Source: an uncultured bacterium (GTDB taxonomy: Bacteria > Babelota > Babeliae > Babelales > Vermiphilaceae). Taken from it: a DNA stretch of 64,000 bases. The notes under the pieces were generated by a model. It saw only the letters and a list, made by a program, of their open reading frames with translations. It had not been told where the DNA came from and did not search any database. The stretch lies in contig OY968764.1 in the NCBI GenBank assembly GCA_963695335.1, forward strand, positions 1,024,001 through 1,088,000, given 5' to 3'. Both the position numbers and the translations under genes were made by a program. This document shows, one piece after another, positions 9,415-18,675 of the stretch. How positions within the stretch are numbered: the stretch's first letter is position 1; each line of letters starts with the position of its first letter.

Positions 9415-10794
9415 ATGATAATCAATAAAAATAAACATATTGGTATATGGGGTTTTGGTGTTGTTGGTAAAGCAGCAATCAATTATTTACATGCGCAAGG
9501 TTATCAATTAAGCATCATGGATAAACGGACGCCAACTGACAATGAATTAGATTGCTTAAAAGAAAAAAATATTAGATGGTACAACGAACAAGAACAAGAA
9601 ATATTTTTTAATTCTTGTGACATCATTATTCCTTCCCCAGGGATTAACATATCTCAAATGTGTTACGCGACACATGTTCGTAAATGGTTTCATGAACTTG
9701 ATTTTTTTTATACTGCATTTAAAAAACCAATTATCGCTATCACCGGAAGCATTGGTAAAACATCAACAACACACATCCTTGGACAAATCTTCAAAGAACT
9801 TTCTATTCCTGCTGTTATTGGAAGCAATATTGGCATTCCTACCTTCAATCTTATTGATCAACAAGACAGTGTTGATTATGCCATTCTAGAAGTTTCAAGT
9901 TTTCAACTGAATTACTGCAAGCAATTTGCGCCGCAACTTGCCATTTGGACCAATTTTCATCCCAACCATCTTGATCATCACGCAGATGAACATGAATATT
10001 TTTCAGCCAAAGAAAATATTGTTGCGCATCAAACACAAGATCAAATGTCTTTGGTGCATTTTATGCTACGCAATAAAATGCGTCTTCCAGTTGATGGGCA
10101 CAAACGTTCTTATTTTATTAAAGATTGCCCTACTCAGGACGAGCTTGATTTATTAATGCATAATGAGCAAATTTATTACTTACAACACAACACCGTAATG
10201 CGCTCCGCACAACACATTCACACGCCAATTATGGAACTCACACCAGCGCTCATTGATCTTACATTCATTGAAAACATTATATTACTTGCTGCTGCATGCG
10301 ACATACTAAATTTAGACATTCCCGCATTAAAAAAAGCTGCACAACATGTGCAGCTACCTGAACATCGCGTTGAAAAAGTTGGTACTCTTAACAATATTGA
10401 TTTTTATAATGATTCAAAAGCCACTACCGCCGCATCAACACTTGCTGCTGTTGAAAAACTATCCAAGCGCCCTCTTCATCTTTTTATTGGTGGACTCAGC
10501 AAAGGTGTCGACCGCGCACCATTTATTAAACAACTTCACAATCAAGTTAAACACATTTACTGTTTTGGCAAAGAAGCAGAAGCATTATATGCCATGTGTA
10601 TTGCTCACAACATTCCCGCAACGCATTATACTACACTTAATGAAGCTGTTGTTACATGCACCACTCTTATGCAATCCGGTGATTGTGTATTGCTATCTCC
10701 TGCAGGAAGCAGTTATGATCTTTATGACAACTATGAACAACGAGGAAAACATTTTAAGGAGTTAGTAATAAACTTTATACAGAGTAAATTATGA
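9415..10794 (+). CDS. murD: UDP-N-acetylmuramoyl-L-alanine--D-glutamate ligase
   Basis: SPGI, ITGSIGKTST, GSNIG, LEVSSFQL, NHLDHH, YNDSKAT, LLSPA..SYD motifs. Confidence 0.95.
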   Translation: MIINKNKHIGIWGFGVVGKAAINYLHAQGYQLSIMDKRTPTDNELDCLKEKNIRWYNEQEQEIFFNSCDIIIPSPGINISQMCYATHVRKWFHELDFFYTAFKKPIIAITGSIGKTSTTHILGQIFKELSIPAVIGSNIGIPTFNLIDQQDSVDYAILEVSSFQLNYCKQFAPQLAIWTNFHPNHLDHHADEHEYFSAKENIVAHQTQDQMSLVHFMLRNKMRLPVDGHKRSYFIKDCPTQDELDLLMHNEQIYYLQHNTVMRSAQHIHTPIMELTPALIDLTFIENIILLAAACDILNLDIPALKKAAQHVQLPEHRVEKVGTLNNIDFYNDSKATTAASTLAAVEKLSKRPLHLFIGGLSKGVDRAPFIKQLHNQVKHIYCFGKEAEALYAMCIAHNIPATHYTTLNEAVVTCTTLMQSGDCVLLSPAGSSYDLYDNYEQRGKHFKELVINFIQSKL

Positions 10795-11909
10795 TCTCAA
10801 AAAAATTACCTTTATACGCAGATTTACAAGTATTTCTCATCATTGTCGCAACACTCATTCTGATCGGATGTTTGTTTGTGTATTCATCAAGCTCTGTATA
10901 CGCACTGGAAACATTTGGAACATCTCTTTTTTTTGTAAAGCGGCAATGCGCAGGTCTTTTTTTAGGGCTTATCGCGCTTTGCATTGGCAGAACAATTCCA
11001 CTTAATTTTATTAAAAAAAATGCACCTTTTTTATTTTTAAGTTCACTTTTTTTAGTGATTATCACCCTGCTGCCACAATTTTCTCGCACCATTCACGGAT
11101 CAAGCAGATGGCTTACGTTTGCAGGATTTTCATTCCAACCCAGTGAACTTCTTAAAATAACTTTACTATTGTATGTTGCTTATTTTCTTGAAAAAAAAGC
11201 TGCCAAGGGAACCATAGCACTCAAACAGTTCATTCCATTTTCTCTATTGATTGGAATTATGTGCATCGCCCTTCTTAAACAACCAGATTTTGGTATGACA
11301 GTAACATTATTACTCACTACCATTATTTTATTTTTCTGCGCACATGCACAGATCAAACATATTCTTGTAACATTAGTAGGTCTTGCAGTCAGCGCACTGT
11401 TTTTAATTTTATTCCGTCCGTATCGTTTACAACGAGTGATGACGTTTTTAAATCCATGGCAAGATCCTAAAGGTGCTGGTTTTCAGATTATTCAATCATT
11501 AATTGCAATTGGATCCGGCGGATGGTTGGGCACAGGTATCGCACATTCACGTCAAAAATTTTTCTATTTACCAATGCAACATACTGATTTTATTTTTTCT
11601 ATTATCGCAGAAGAAACAGGATTAATCGGATGCTTATTTCTCATCACTTTATTTATCCTTTTACTCTATTTTGGCATACGCATTGCACATCAACTCACTG
11701 ATACATTCAGCACACTCGTAACACTTGGCTTTATGATTCTTATTCATCTGCAAGCAGTCATGAATATGGCGGTTGCAACTGGACTAGCTCCAACCAAAGG
11801 AGTTGGTATGCCTTTTGTCAGTTATGGAAATACATCATTGGTCTGTTATCTTTTTATGATCGGTGTTATTATCAACATGGTACATGAAAGTAAAGCTTCT
11901 CTACGATAG
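10791..11909 (+). CDS. ftsW: SEDS peptidoglycan polymerase FtsW
   Basis: GSSRWL, FQPSELLK, QPDFG, HTDFIFSIIAEETG, PTKGVGMPFVSYG; follows murD. Confidence 0.92.
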   Translation: MISKKLPLYADLQVFLIIVATLILIGCLFVYSSSSVYALETFGTSLFFVKRQCAGLFLGLIALCIGRTIPLNFIKKNAPFLFLSSLFLVIITLLPQFSRTIHGSSRWLTFAGFSFQPSELLKITLLLYVAYFLEKKAAKGTIALKQFIPFSLLIGIMCIALLKQPDFGMTVTLLLTTIILFFCAHAQIKHILVTLVGLAVSALFLILFRPYRLQRVMTFLNPWQDPKGAGFQIIQSLIAIGSGGWLGTGIAHSRQKFFYLPMQHTDFIFSIIAEETGLIGCLFLITLFILLLYFGIRIAHQLTDTFSTLVTLGFMILIHLQAVMNMAVATGLAPTKGVGMPFVSYGNTSLVCYLFMIGVIINMVHESKASLR

Positions 11910-11920
11910 GACATAATATA

Positions 11921-12697
11921 ATGGAACAAATTAAACACTCATTACAGATAGATGACATAGTAGCTTATTCTGCATCAACAGAAAATATTGATCCTCTTGG
12001 TGATGGCATTAGCGCAGTTGAACTTGTACGCATATCTGGTTCAGATTTGGATGTTGTTAACGCTGCGCGTGTCTCTTATGGTAAAATTTCAACAGAAGTA
12101 ACAGAACGTGATAAAAAACTGATTTCATTCTTAATGGAACATAATCACACAAGTCCTTTTGAGCACAATCAATTCTCTTTCCGCATCAAAGCACCTATTT
12201 TTGTTGCACGTCAATGGATGCGTCACCGCATGAACTCATATAATGAAATTAGTTATCGCTACGTTAAAGCATCACTGGAATTTTATATTCCTCCAAAATG
12301 GCGATCACAAGATCTTAAAAATAAACAAGCGTCTATTGGGTCATTTGATAATCCAGAGTTCACACAAAAACTTAAAGATGCCATAGCAAACAGCGTACAA
12401 ACATATGAATATTTATTAGAAAATGGTGTTGGCAGAGAAATTGCACGCAGCGTGTTACCGCTGTGCACATACACAGAATTTATCTTCACTTGTAATCTGC
12501 ATTCACTCATGCATTTTCTTAAACTGCGTCTACATGCAGGTGCGCAATATGAAATCAGAATGTACGCACAAACATTGCTTAAACTTGCATTACCATACTT
12601 TCCTGTATCACTCGGCGAATGGAAGCGTATTCATGCGGCTGAATTAGAAATAGAAACTGATCTGTTCACTCAAAATTTTACCAACACGGCTGAGTAA
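11921..12697 (+). CDS. thyX: FAD-dependent thymidylate synthase
   Basis: VNAARVSY, HTSPFEH, RQWMRHR..SYNEISYRY, REIAR.VLP, AQYEIR. Confidence 0.96.
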   Translation: MEQIKHSLQIDDIVAYSASTENIDPLGDGISAVELVRISGSDLDVVNAARVSYGKISTEVTERDKKLISFLMEHNHTSPFEHNQFSFRIKAPIFVARQWMRHRMNSYNEISYRYVKASLEFYIPPKWRSQDLKNKQASIGSFDNPEFTQKLKDAIANSVQTYEYLLENGVGREIARSVLPLCTYTEFIFTCNLHSLMHFLKLRLHAGAQYEIRMYAQTLLKLALPYFPVSLGEWKRIHAAELEIETDLFTQNFTNTAE

Positions 12698-12708
12698 TTT
12701 TTACAACA

Positions 12709-12738
12709 AAAAAGAGCATCCCTGAGGATGCTCTTTTT
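12709..12738. terminator. Bidirectional intrinsic terminator
   Basis: AAAAAGAGCATCC-CTGA-GGATGCTCTTTTT. Confidence 0.8.
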
Positions 12739-12749
12739 ATTCTCTGAAC

Positions 12750-14222
12750 TTAAAAATTTGTATTTACAAATCTTGTCCGTAAATTAACTACTTCAATTGA
12801 CGAACTTCCTTTTTCAATATTCTCAATAACAAACATTAACCGATCTCTTTCATGCGAACCAACTTGTAAATGATATGCACTCGGGATAGTGTCTAACACA
12901 ACATATTGAATCTCATTACCCTTTTTGATAATTGCAAAACAAAAATAATGTCCAAATACATTTACAGATTCTTCATTACCGATGATCATAATATGAATAT
13001 AGTTATCTTGTTGTAAACCATCGCGAATGACTGTTTTAACTCGTTGCACATAATCAAACTCTTCTCGGTTAAATGCAGCAGACCCCAGCTTTTTATATAA
13101 ATTTGAATCAAATAAAGATACTGTACTTATTACTGAAACGTTTATTACGTCATCTCCAAGTTCTTGTTTAAGACGAGGGAGATTATCTCTCAACACTTCC
13201 GCATTGAGCCAATCCCCAATATTAAGTTTACGTAAAAAGTTTGCTGCATCTGGTATATTATGCATCTTATCAAAATCTTGCACATTACCAGTGAGTGCAT
13301 AATCACGAATTAATCGACCATTATTTAATGAAAGCCCTCCACACATAGCTGCAGAAAAACCGGTTTGGTCCGCAAGTTCAAATTGATCAAGCGTTTTACA
13401 TTGCATAAGTGTTCTATTCCAATTATCATATCTGCCCAATTGAACAACACAAGGAACATTTGCAGCAACATCAATATTTTCAAACGCAGGACTTATCTCA
13501 CCCGATAATTTTCTATGTTGTTCATTAAAGACAGAATAGTGAGGTGCAACGTTTTTTGTAATAAATTGAGCAATTTGCTCTTGTGTATAACCTTGTTGTT
13601 TCAACTCTTTGGCTAATTCTCGTTGATCTTGGGTCAAATTTGCCATATCAGTCTGAGCAAATAAAGGACATACATTAAATTTTCTTAGCGCTTGAGCATC
13701 TGTTGGGACTACATGCATTCCAACTTGCACTGGTCGTGGTTGCTCAACCGGTTTACTAGGTTTAGGCACAGGTTTTGCAAACAACAGTTTCATCTGACGA
13801 TTAACTTCATCAGCAAGGTCATCAACTATAGTTCGATCAATAGCATTATCTCCATCAAGCGTTACATGCAGTGTTGCTCCAGCTTGCAGCAAAGCTTTCG
13901 CATACACATCCGCATACTCACTGCCTTGCACACTGTTTCTTACAAAATTAATAAAATAATCAGTAAATCTATTACCTCTTAAAACTTGATCAGATCGCAT
14001 TTCTGTTCTTATAATTCTTAATGCTTGCGCAAATGAACTTTCTTTTTTGGAAGGCTGCACTGAAGGTTGTTTTGGTTGTTCCACAGGACGAGGGCTGATT
14101 ATTGGTTGCACCAAAGTTACTGGCTCAACAGTTTCTGTTTTTTTACCCACTTGTTTTGTACTCAATGAAATTGTAAATAAAAGAGTCATAATTGTTGCAA
14201 ATGTATTTCTAGAAATTTTCAT
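12750..14222 (-). CDS. Secreted protein, putative C-terminal papain-fold (Josephin-like) cysteine protease
   Basis: Signal-like N-terminus, Pro-rich linkers; MCGGLSLNN...GHYFCF...YVVLDT (C-H-D order). Confidence 0.55.
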   Translation of the reverse strand: MKISRNTFATIMTLLFTISLSTKQVGKKTETVEPVTLVQPIISPRPVEQPKQPSVQPSKKESSFAQALRIIRTEMRSDQVLRGNRFTDYFINFVRNSVQGSEYADVYAKALLQAGATLHVTLDGDNAIDRTIVDDLADEVNRQMKLLFAKPVPKPSKPVEQPRPVQVGMHVVPTDAQALRKFNVCPLFAQTDMANLTQDQRELAKELKQQGYTQEQIAQFITKNVAPHYSVFNEQHRKLSGEISPAFENIDVAANVPCVVQLGRYDNWNRTLMQCKTLDQFELADQTGFSAAMCGGLSLNNGRLIRDYALTGNVQDFDKMHNIPDAANFLRKLNIGDWLNAEVLRDNLPRLKQELGDDVINVSVISTVSLFDSNLYKKLGSAAFNREEFDYVQRVKTVIRDGLQQDNYIHIMIIGNEESVNVFGHYFCFAIIKKGNEIQYVVLDTIPSAYHLQVGSHERDRLMFVIENIEKGSSSIEVVNLRTRFVNTNF

Positions 14223-14324
14223 TCTTCCTCCTTATCATTTTTTCTTATATTTCTAACAAGATCGCATAAATCTTTATTCATAATCCATCTTTTCTGACAG
14301 CATATATATTTTTTACAAAACAAA

Positions 14325-14400
14325 TCGCGTTATGCGACCTTACTTCGCGTAAAACTTCCTATTACGCTCCATCTTTCGCTGAAAGCTTCGGAAGATAGGC
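14325..14400. repeat. Degenerate family-B palindromic repeat(s)
   Basis: CTTCGCGTAAA (reverse complement of TTTACGCGAAG seen at 42040 and 45450) and TTCGCTGAAAGCTTCGGAAG hairpin. Confidence 0.45.
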
Positions 14401-14495
14401 AAACAAAAAATAATATACGTAAAATTATTGCAACAGATCATAATACAAATATATATTCCTTTTAAGATCTAATTTTCAAAAAAGGAGAATTTCTC

Positions 14496-14945
14496 ATGGC
14501 ACTCAAAAAAACTGCAAAACGTAAACCAACTGCAAAAAAAGCCACACCAAAGCGCAAAGTAACAAAAAAAGTTACTGCAAAAAAATCTGTTGCTAAAAAA
14601 GTAGTAAAAAAAGCTGTTACTAAGAAAGCAAAACCTGCTGTTAAAAAAGCTGCTCCAAAACGTAAAGTTGCTAAGAAAGCAAAACCTGCAGCCAAAAAAG
14701 CAAAACCGGCTGCAAAACCTAAAAAACGAGTTGCAAAAAAAAGCAGCGTAAAACCTGCAGCCAAAGCTAGAAAATACAGTCCTTTAGCAGGAAAAGAAGT
14801 AGAAAAAGAGATGCACAAATTTAAAGAAGGAACTGCTAAATCAGGTAAAGCTGGAACACCGGTAGAATCACGTGAACAGGCAATTGCAATTGGTTTATCA
14901 GAAGCGCGTAAAAAAGGTGAAAAAGTTCCAAAAAAACGTAAATAA
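14496..14945 (+). CDS. Histone H1-like Lys/Ala-rich protein with C-terminal DUF6496-like domain
   Basis: ~90 aa of KKA/KP repeats, then EVEKEMHKFKEG..SG..VESREQAIAIGLSEARKKG; strong GGAG SD; terminator 14961-15003. Confidence 0.85.
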   Translation: MALKKTAKRKPTAKKATPKRKVTKKVTAKKSVAKKVVKKAVTKKAKPAVKKAAPKRKVAKKAKPAAKKAKPAAKPKKRVAKKSSVKPAAKARKYSPLAGKEVEKEMHKFKEGTAKSGKAGTPVESREQAIAIGLSEARKKGEKVPKKRK

Positions 14946-15020
14946 ATTTTAAAAATTTATAAAAAGAGCAGATGAAAACATTATACTTTCATCTGCTCTT
15001 TTTATTTTATAAATAATATG

Positions 15021-16532
15021 TTACTTATTCCAATTCATCGCCAAATTCACAAGCAAACGCACTCCAACGCCAGTAGCACCCGGACGGAAATAAGAAACAT
15101 TTGGTACATCAAACGCAGTACCCGCAATATCAATATGCGCCCACACGGTGTCCCCTACAAAATGTTGCAAGAAATGTGCAGCAGTTGTACCGCCCGCTCT
15201 AATTTGTTTACTTCCAATATTACATATATCTGCAACAGTTGATGTTATCGCTTTTTTATAATCATCTCCCATTGGCATTTGCCACAAACGATCACCAGAA
15301 AGATCTGCTGCTGCATGCAATTTTTCACTCAATGCTGGATGCTGACTAAACAATCCGCTATACACAGGCCCAAGAGCATATGCACACGCACCGGTTAATG
15401 TTGCCAAATCTACCATTGCATCTGGTTTATAATGTTTAACCGCGTAAGAAAGCGCATCAGCTAAAATTAAACGCCCTTCTGCATCTGTATTTTTAATTTC
15501 TGCAGTTTTGCCATTATAAAATGTTACAATATCACCCGGCTTTGTTGCTTTACCACTCGGTAAATTTTCTGATGTTGGCGCAATAGCAATAATATTTACA
15601 TCTGGTTTTAATTGTGCAAGTGCATCAATGGTGGAAATCACTGCAGCGGCACCTGCCATATCATCTTTCATGGTTTCCATAGAATCTGCTGGTTTTAAAC
15701 TTAATCCACCAGAATCAAAGGTAATTCCTTTACCCACAAAACAAAGCGTAGGCCTGTTTTGATTTGTCGCCTTGTACTCAAGAATAATTAATGCACAATC
15801 AACATCTGATCCACGCGAAACAGATGCCAAACCACCCATGCCCATTTCTATAATTTCTTTTTCATGAAATGCTGTCATTTTTAGATTATTGCGTTGCGCA
15901 ACTTCTTGTGCTTTAGCAACCAAATGCTGTGGAGTAAATTGCGTTGGCGGCATATCAATCCAATGACGTGTTTGATTCACTGCATTGGCGATAACAGTTC
16001 CTTTGCTCACTCCACGCTGCACATCCTCTTTGTGTTGTAATTCTGTAACAAGCGTAACGTGATTAAAATTATTTTCTTTGCGTGATTTTTCTGTAATAAA
16101 ATCATCAAAATGATATTCAGCTAATTTTAATGCAATCACTGCTTGTTCAGCTGCATATTCATGTGCAACACTACCCAGCACATCCGCATCACAATGAAAT
16201 GCTACTGATGCACCCTTGCATGCACGCACTTCTTTAACCAATTGGCCAACTGCACGGCGATAACATTCAACAATTCCAACACTTTTATTACTTTGATCAC
16301 CCATACCCACAACAATACAAAAAGCGAGTTTATTATTATGAGTGAATGTAACAGAAACAACTTCTTGTAAACTGCCACTAAATCCACGATGTTTAATAAC
16401 ATCAGCAAGTTCTGGGTACAGTTTTGTAGCTTCGTGCAATTTTGCTACATCAAAATTCTTTTCAACAATATAGGCATAACAATCAACACTTTGTGACAAT
16501 AAATTTTCTGACGAAACGGAAATGGTAAGCAT
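15021..16532 (-). CDS. pepA: Cytosol leucyl aminopeptidase (M17)
   Basis: VGKGITFDSGG, MKDDMAG, NTDAEGRL, DLATLTGA, WAHIDIAG. Confidence 0.95.
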   Translation of the reverse strand: MLTISVSSENLLSQSVDCYAYIVEKNFDVAKLHEATKLYPELADVIKHRGFSGSLQEVVSVTFTHNNKLAFCIVVGMGDQSNKSVGIVECYRRAVGQLVKEVRACKGASVAFHCDADVLGSVAHEYAAEQAVIALKLAEYHFDDFITEKSRKENNFNHVTLVTELQHKEDVQRGVSKGTVIANAVNQTRHWIDMPPTQFTPQHLVAKAQEVAQRNNLKMTAFHEKEIIEMGMGGLASVSRGSDVDCALIILEYKATNQNRPTLCFVGKGITFDSGGLSLKPADSMETMKDDMAGAAAVISTIDALAQLKPDVNIIAIAPTSENLPSGKATKPGDIVTFYNGKTAEIKNTDAEGRLILADALSYAVKHYKPDAMVDLATLTGACAYALGPVYSGLFSQHPALSEKLHAAADLSGDRLWQMPMGDDYKKAITSTVADICNIGSKQIRAGGTTAAHFLQHFVGDTVWAHIDIAGTAFDVPNVSYFRPGATGVGVRLLVNLAMNWNK

Positions 16533-16633
16533 AATCTTTTCCCCGGTAATATAGTTATATTTAAAGAAAAGAATAACAAAAAAAGGTCCCACTTAAAAGC
16601 GGGACCTTCTAGTTACGAATCTATTATTTTTGT

Positions 16634-16746
16634 GTTCGTATGCTTCGACGGGCAGGCGGGCGTTCACTCCTGAGCTTGCCGAAGGGTGAGCACGAACGGG
16701 GAATAATTTCTTCCGTTCGTATTGAGCCTGTCGAAATATACGAACG
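16634..16746. repeat. Family-A REP/REPIN-like inverted repeat with nested extra copy
   Basis: GTTCGTATGCTTCGACGGG...GCACGAACGG / CCGTTCGTATTGAGCCTGTCGAAATATACGAAC with internal CCTGAGCTTGCCGAAGG. Confidence 0.7.
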
Positions 16747-16768
16747 TTCTTAATCTTCACAAATTTTA

Positions 16769-17320
16769 CTATTCTAAATTACGTTCTTCTGGACCATAGC
16801 TATTCACAAATATATCACGCGGATAATAATACACTTTCCAAGATTCATTTTCTCGTGCAACTCTATTACTGACTTTTGCATTTTTTTTCGCAACATATTG
16901 TGCAATCTCTGCTCCAAAATGCTCATCAATAGACGCTTGCAAATCACTGCGAGAAATATTACCAAATAGTTGTGTTGTTGCACGATCTTTTACATCGTGC
17001 AGCTGTTTTCCGTTATGGAAAAATATAATGGTTGGCATTGTCATCACATGATATAATTTTGCAAGATCTTTTAGTTCTGGTCGTGCAGCATTTACTCGTA
17101 AAAAAATAACATCTGCATCATCATATTTTTGAACTTTACTCACATCTTCATACATCTGCGTTAAGCCTTTATCTTTTCCATCATAAAACAACGCCACTAC
17201 CATACTATCTTGTGCAACGGTTTGCTCAAAATCTCTGCGTGAATTAACTGATTTCATTTTTGCCTGAGATATTGCACATATAAATAAACAAGCAGTTAAC
17301 AACATCATTAATTTTTTCAT
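16769..17320 (-). CDS. Secreted thioredoxin-fold protein lacking CxxC
   Basis: Signal peptide; VVALFY..., VIFLRVN..., LAKLYHVMTMPTIIFFHNG thioredoxin pattern; no cysteines at the active-site position. Confidence 0.7.
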   Translation of the reverse strand: MKKLMMLLTACLFICAISQAKMKSVNSRRDFEQTVAQDSMVVALFYDGKDKGLTQMYEDVSKVQKYDDADVIFLRVNAARPELKDLAKLYHVMTMPTIIFFHNGKQLHDVKDRATTQLFGNISRSDLQASIDEHFGAEIAQYVAKKNAKVSNRVARENESWKVYYYPRDIFVNSYGPEERNLE

Positions 17321-17337
17321 AGCATTCTCCATTTTTG

Positions 17338-18414
17338 TTATCCACCAAATAAATGTTCATCTTCATCATTATCTTCAATAATACCCGCCTGTTCCATTCC
17401 TTCTAACTCACCCTCAAGAACTTGATTATAAAACTGTCTCACTTGTTCGATATATTTTTCCGGATTATAAAAAAATGAATCATAATGGCGACGTCCATTG
17501 GTTAACCACCACCGTTTGTACCCAGCAAGAGCTTCATACACATTTCTTACTTGATCAGTAGAAACTTTTTGATCATTCTTACAATGAATAAGAAACACAG
17601 GGACCATGATGTTTTTAGCTGATTCAGCCGGATGTATTGGACAGAAATTTGTACTTACGCCTGTTGCATCCAACTGCGCAACAGTTTTTAATACTGCTTT
17701 AACAAGCGCCTGGACATAAGGGTGAAAAGCATATTTTTGCAATAAATCTCTACCAGGCACATCAAATTCATAACCAAATACAGAACATTTGAGACATTCA
17801 AGCCCCATCTGAATCACTCTTTCACTTGAATCAAAAGGACAGTCTAAAATCATTGCATCAAACAGTTCTGAACGCTGACTTTGAGCTTCTATAGCCGAAA
17901 CAGCTCCCATAGAAAACCCATATGCAAAAAGTGGCTTATCACATAAATCAGGATGATTTCTTAAAAATTTCGCCGCAGCGGTAACATCCAGTGCTTCATC
18001 ACGTCCAAAGGTACAATACTGCCCTTCACCATCCTGGCCATGGGCGCGGAAATCAAAAGTCATAACATTAAATTGCTTTGTTTTAAAAATACGGCGTAAT
18101 ACGCCAACATCGTATTTATCACACATAAAGCCATGACATACCAAAATAGTGGCTTTTGCATCATCAGATCGCACCAGCATACCTCGGCGGGCAATGCGCT
18201 TTAACGAATCATGCGATTCTTGGGGATATAACAAAATATGCTCAACAACAATACCATCTGCTGTTTTGGTCTTTTCGGGAATAACATGACCATACATATT
18301 ATCTATTGCCCCATTAAGAGCTGGCATCCAGAAGCAAAACATAGATAATAAAAGAGCAATACAACGATTTATTCGTGTTATTGCCGGCATTTTAGCCTTG
18401 TTATATGGAAACAT
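17338..18414 (-). CDS. Alpha/beta hydrolase
   Basis: LVCHGF, FDFRAHG, GFSMG nucleophile elbow, IHCKND (Asp), RRHY (His). Confidence 0.85.
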   Translation of the reverse strand: MFPYNKAKMPAITRINRCIALLLSMFCFWMPALNGAIDNMYGHVIPEKTKTADGIVVEHILLYPQESHDSLKRIARRGMLVRSDDAKATILVCHGFMCDKYDVGVLRRIFKTKQFNVMTFDFRAHGQDGEGQYCTFGRDEALDVTAAAKFLRNHPDLCDKPLFAYGFSMGAVSAIEAQSQRSELFDAMILDCPFDSSERVIQMGLECLKCSVFGYEFDVPGRDLLQKYAFHPYVQALVKAVLKTVAQLDATGVSTNFCPIHPAESAKNIMVPVFLIHCKNDQKVSTDQVRNVYEALAGYKRWWLTNGRRHYDSFFYNPEKYIEQVRQFYNQVLEGELEGMEQAGIIEDNDEDEHLFGG

Positions 18415-18675
18415 TACTTCCCCTAATTATTAAAAAACCTTAGTAAAACCTCTCTTTTTCTACCCTTATAGTACCAATTAATTTTGACAAACTGCAACAA
18501 TTTTTATAAAATTATTAATAAAATATCAATCTGTGTATATTTTTTGCAAAAAATGGCTAAAAAAGGCCTATCATAGAGAGAAAAAGTAACGAAAACCCAA
18601 AAAAATGGTATATTTAGAGCATAAGCAACGGCTTTTTAAATAAATTAACCATCTAGAGCGAGGAGACATAGTCCA

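Noticed and set aside
14462..14818. 118-aa Phe/Ala-rich ORF
   Set aside because: Antisense shadow of the Lys/Ala-rich histone-like gene.
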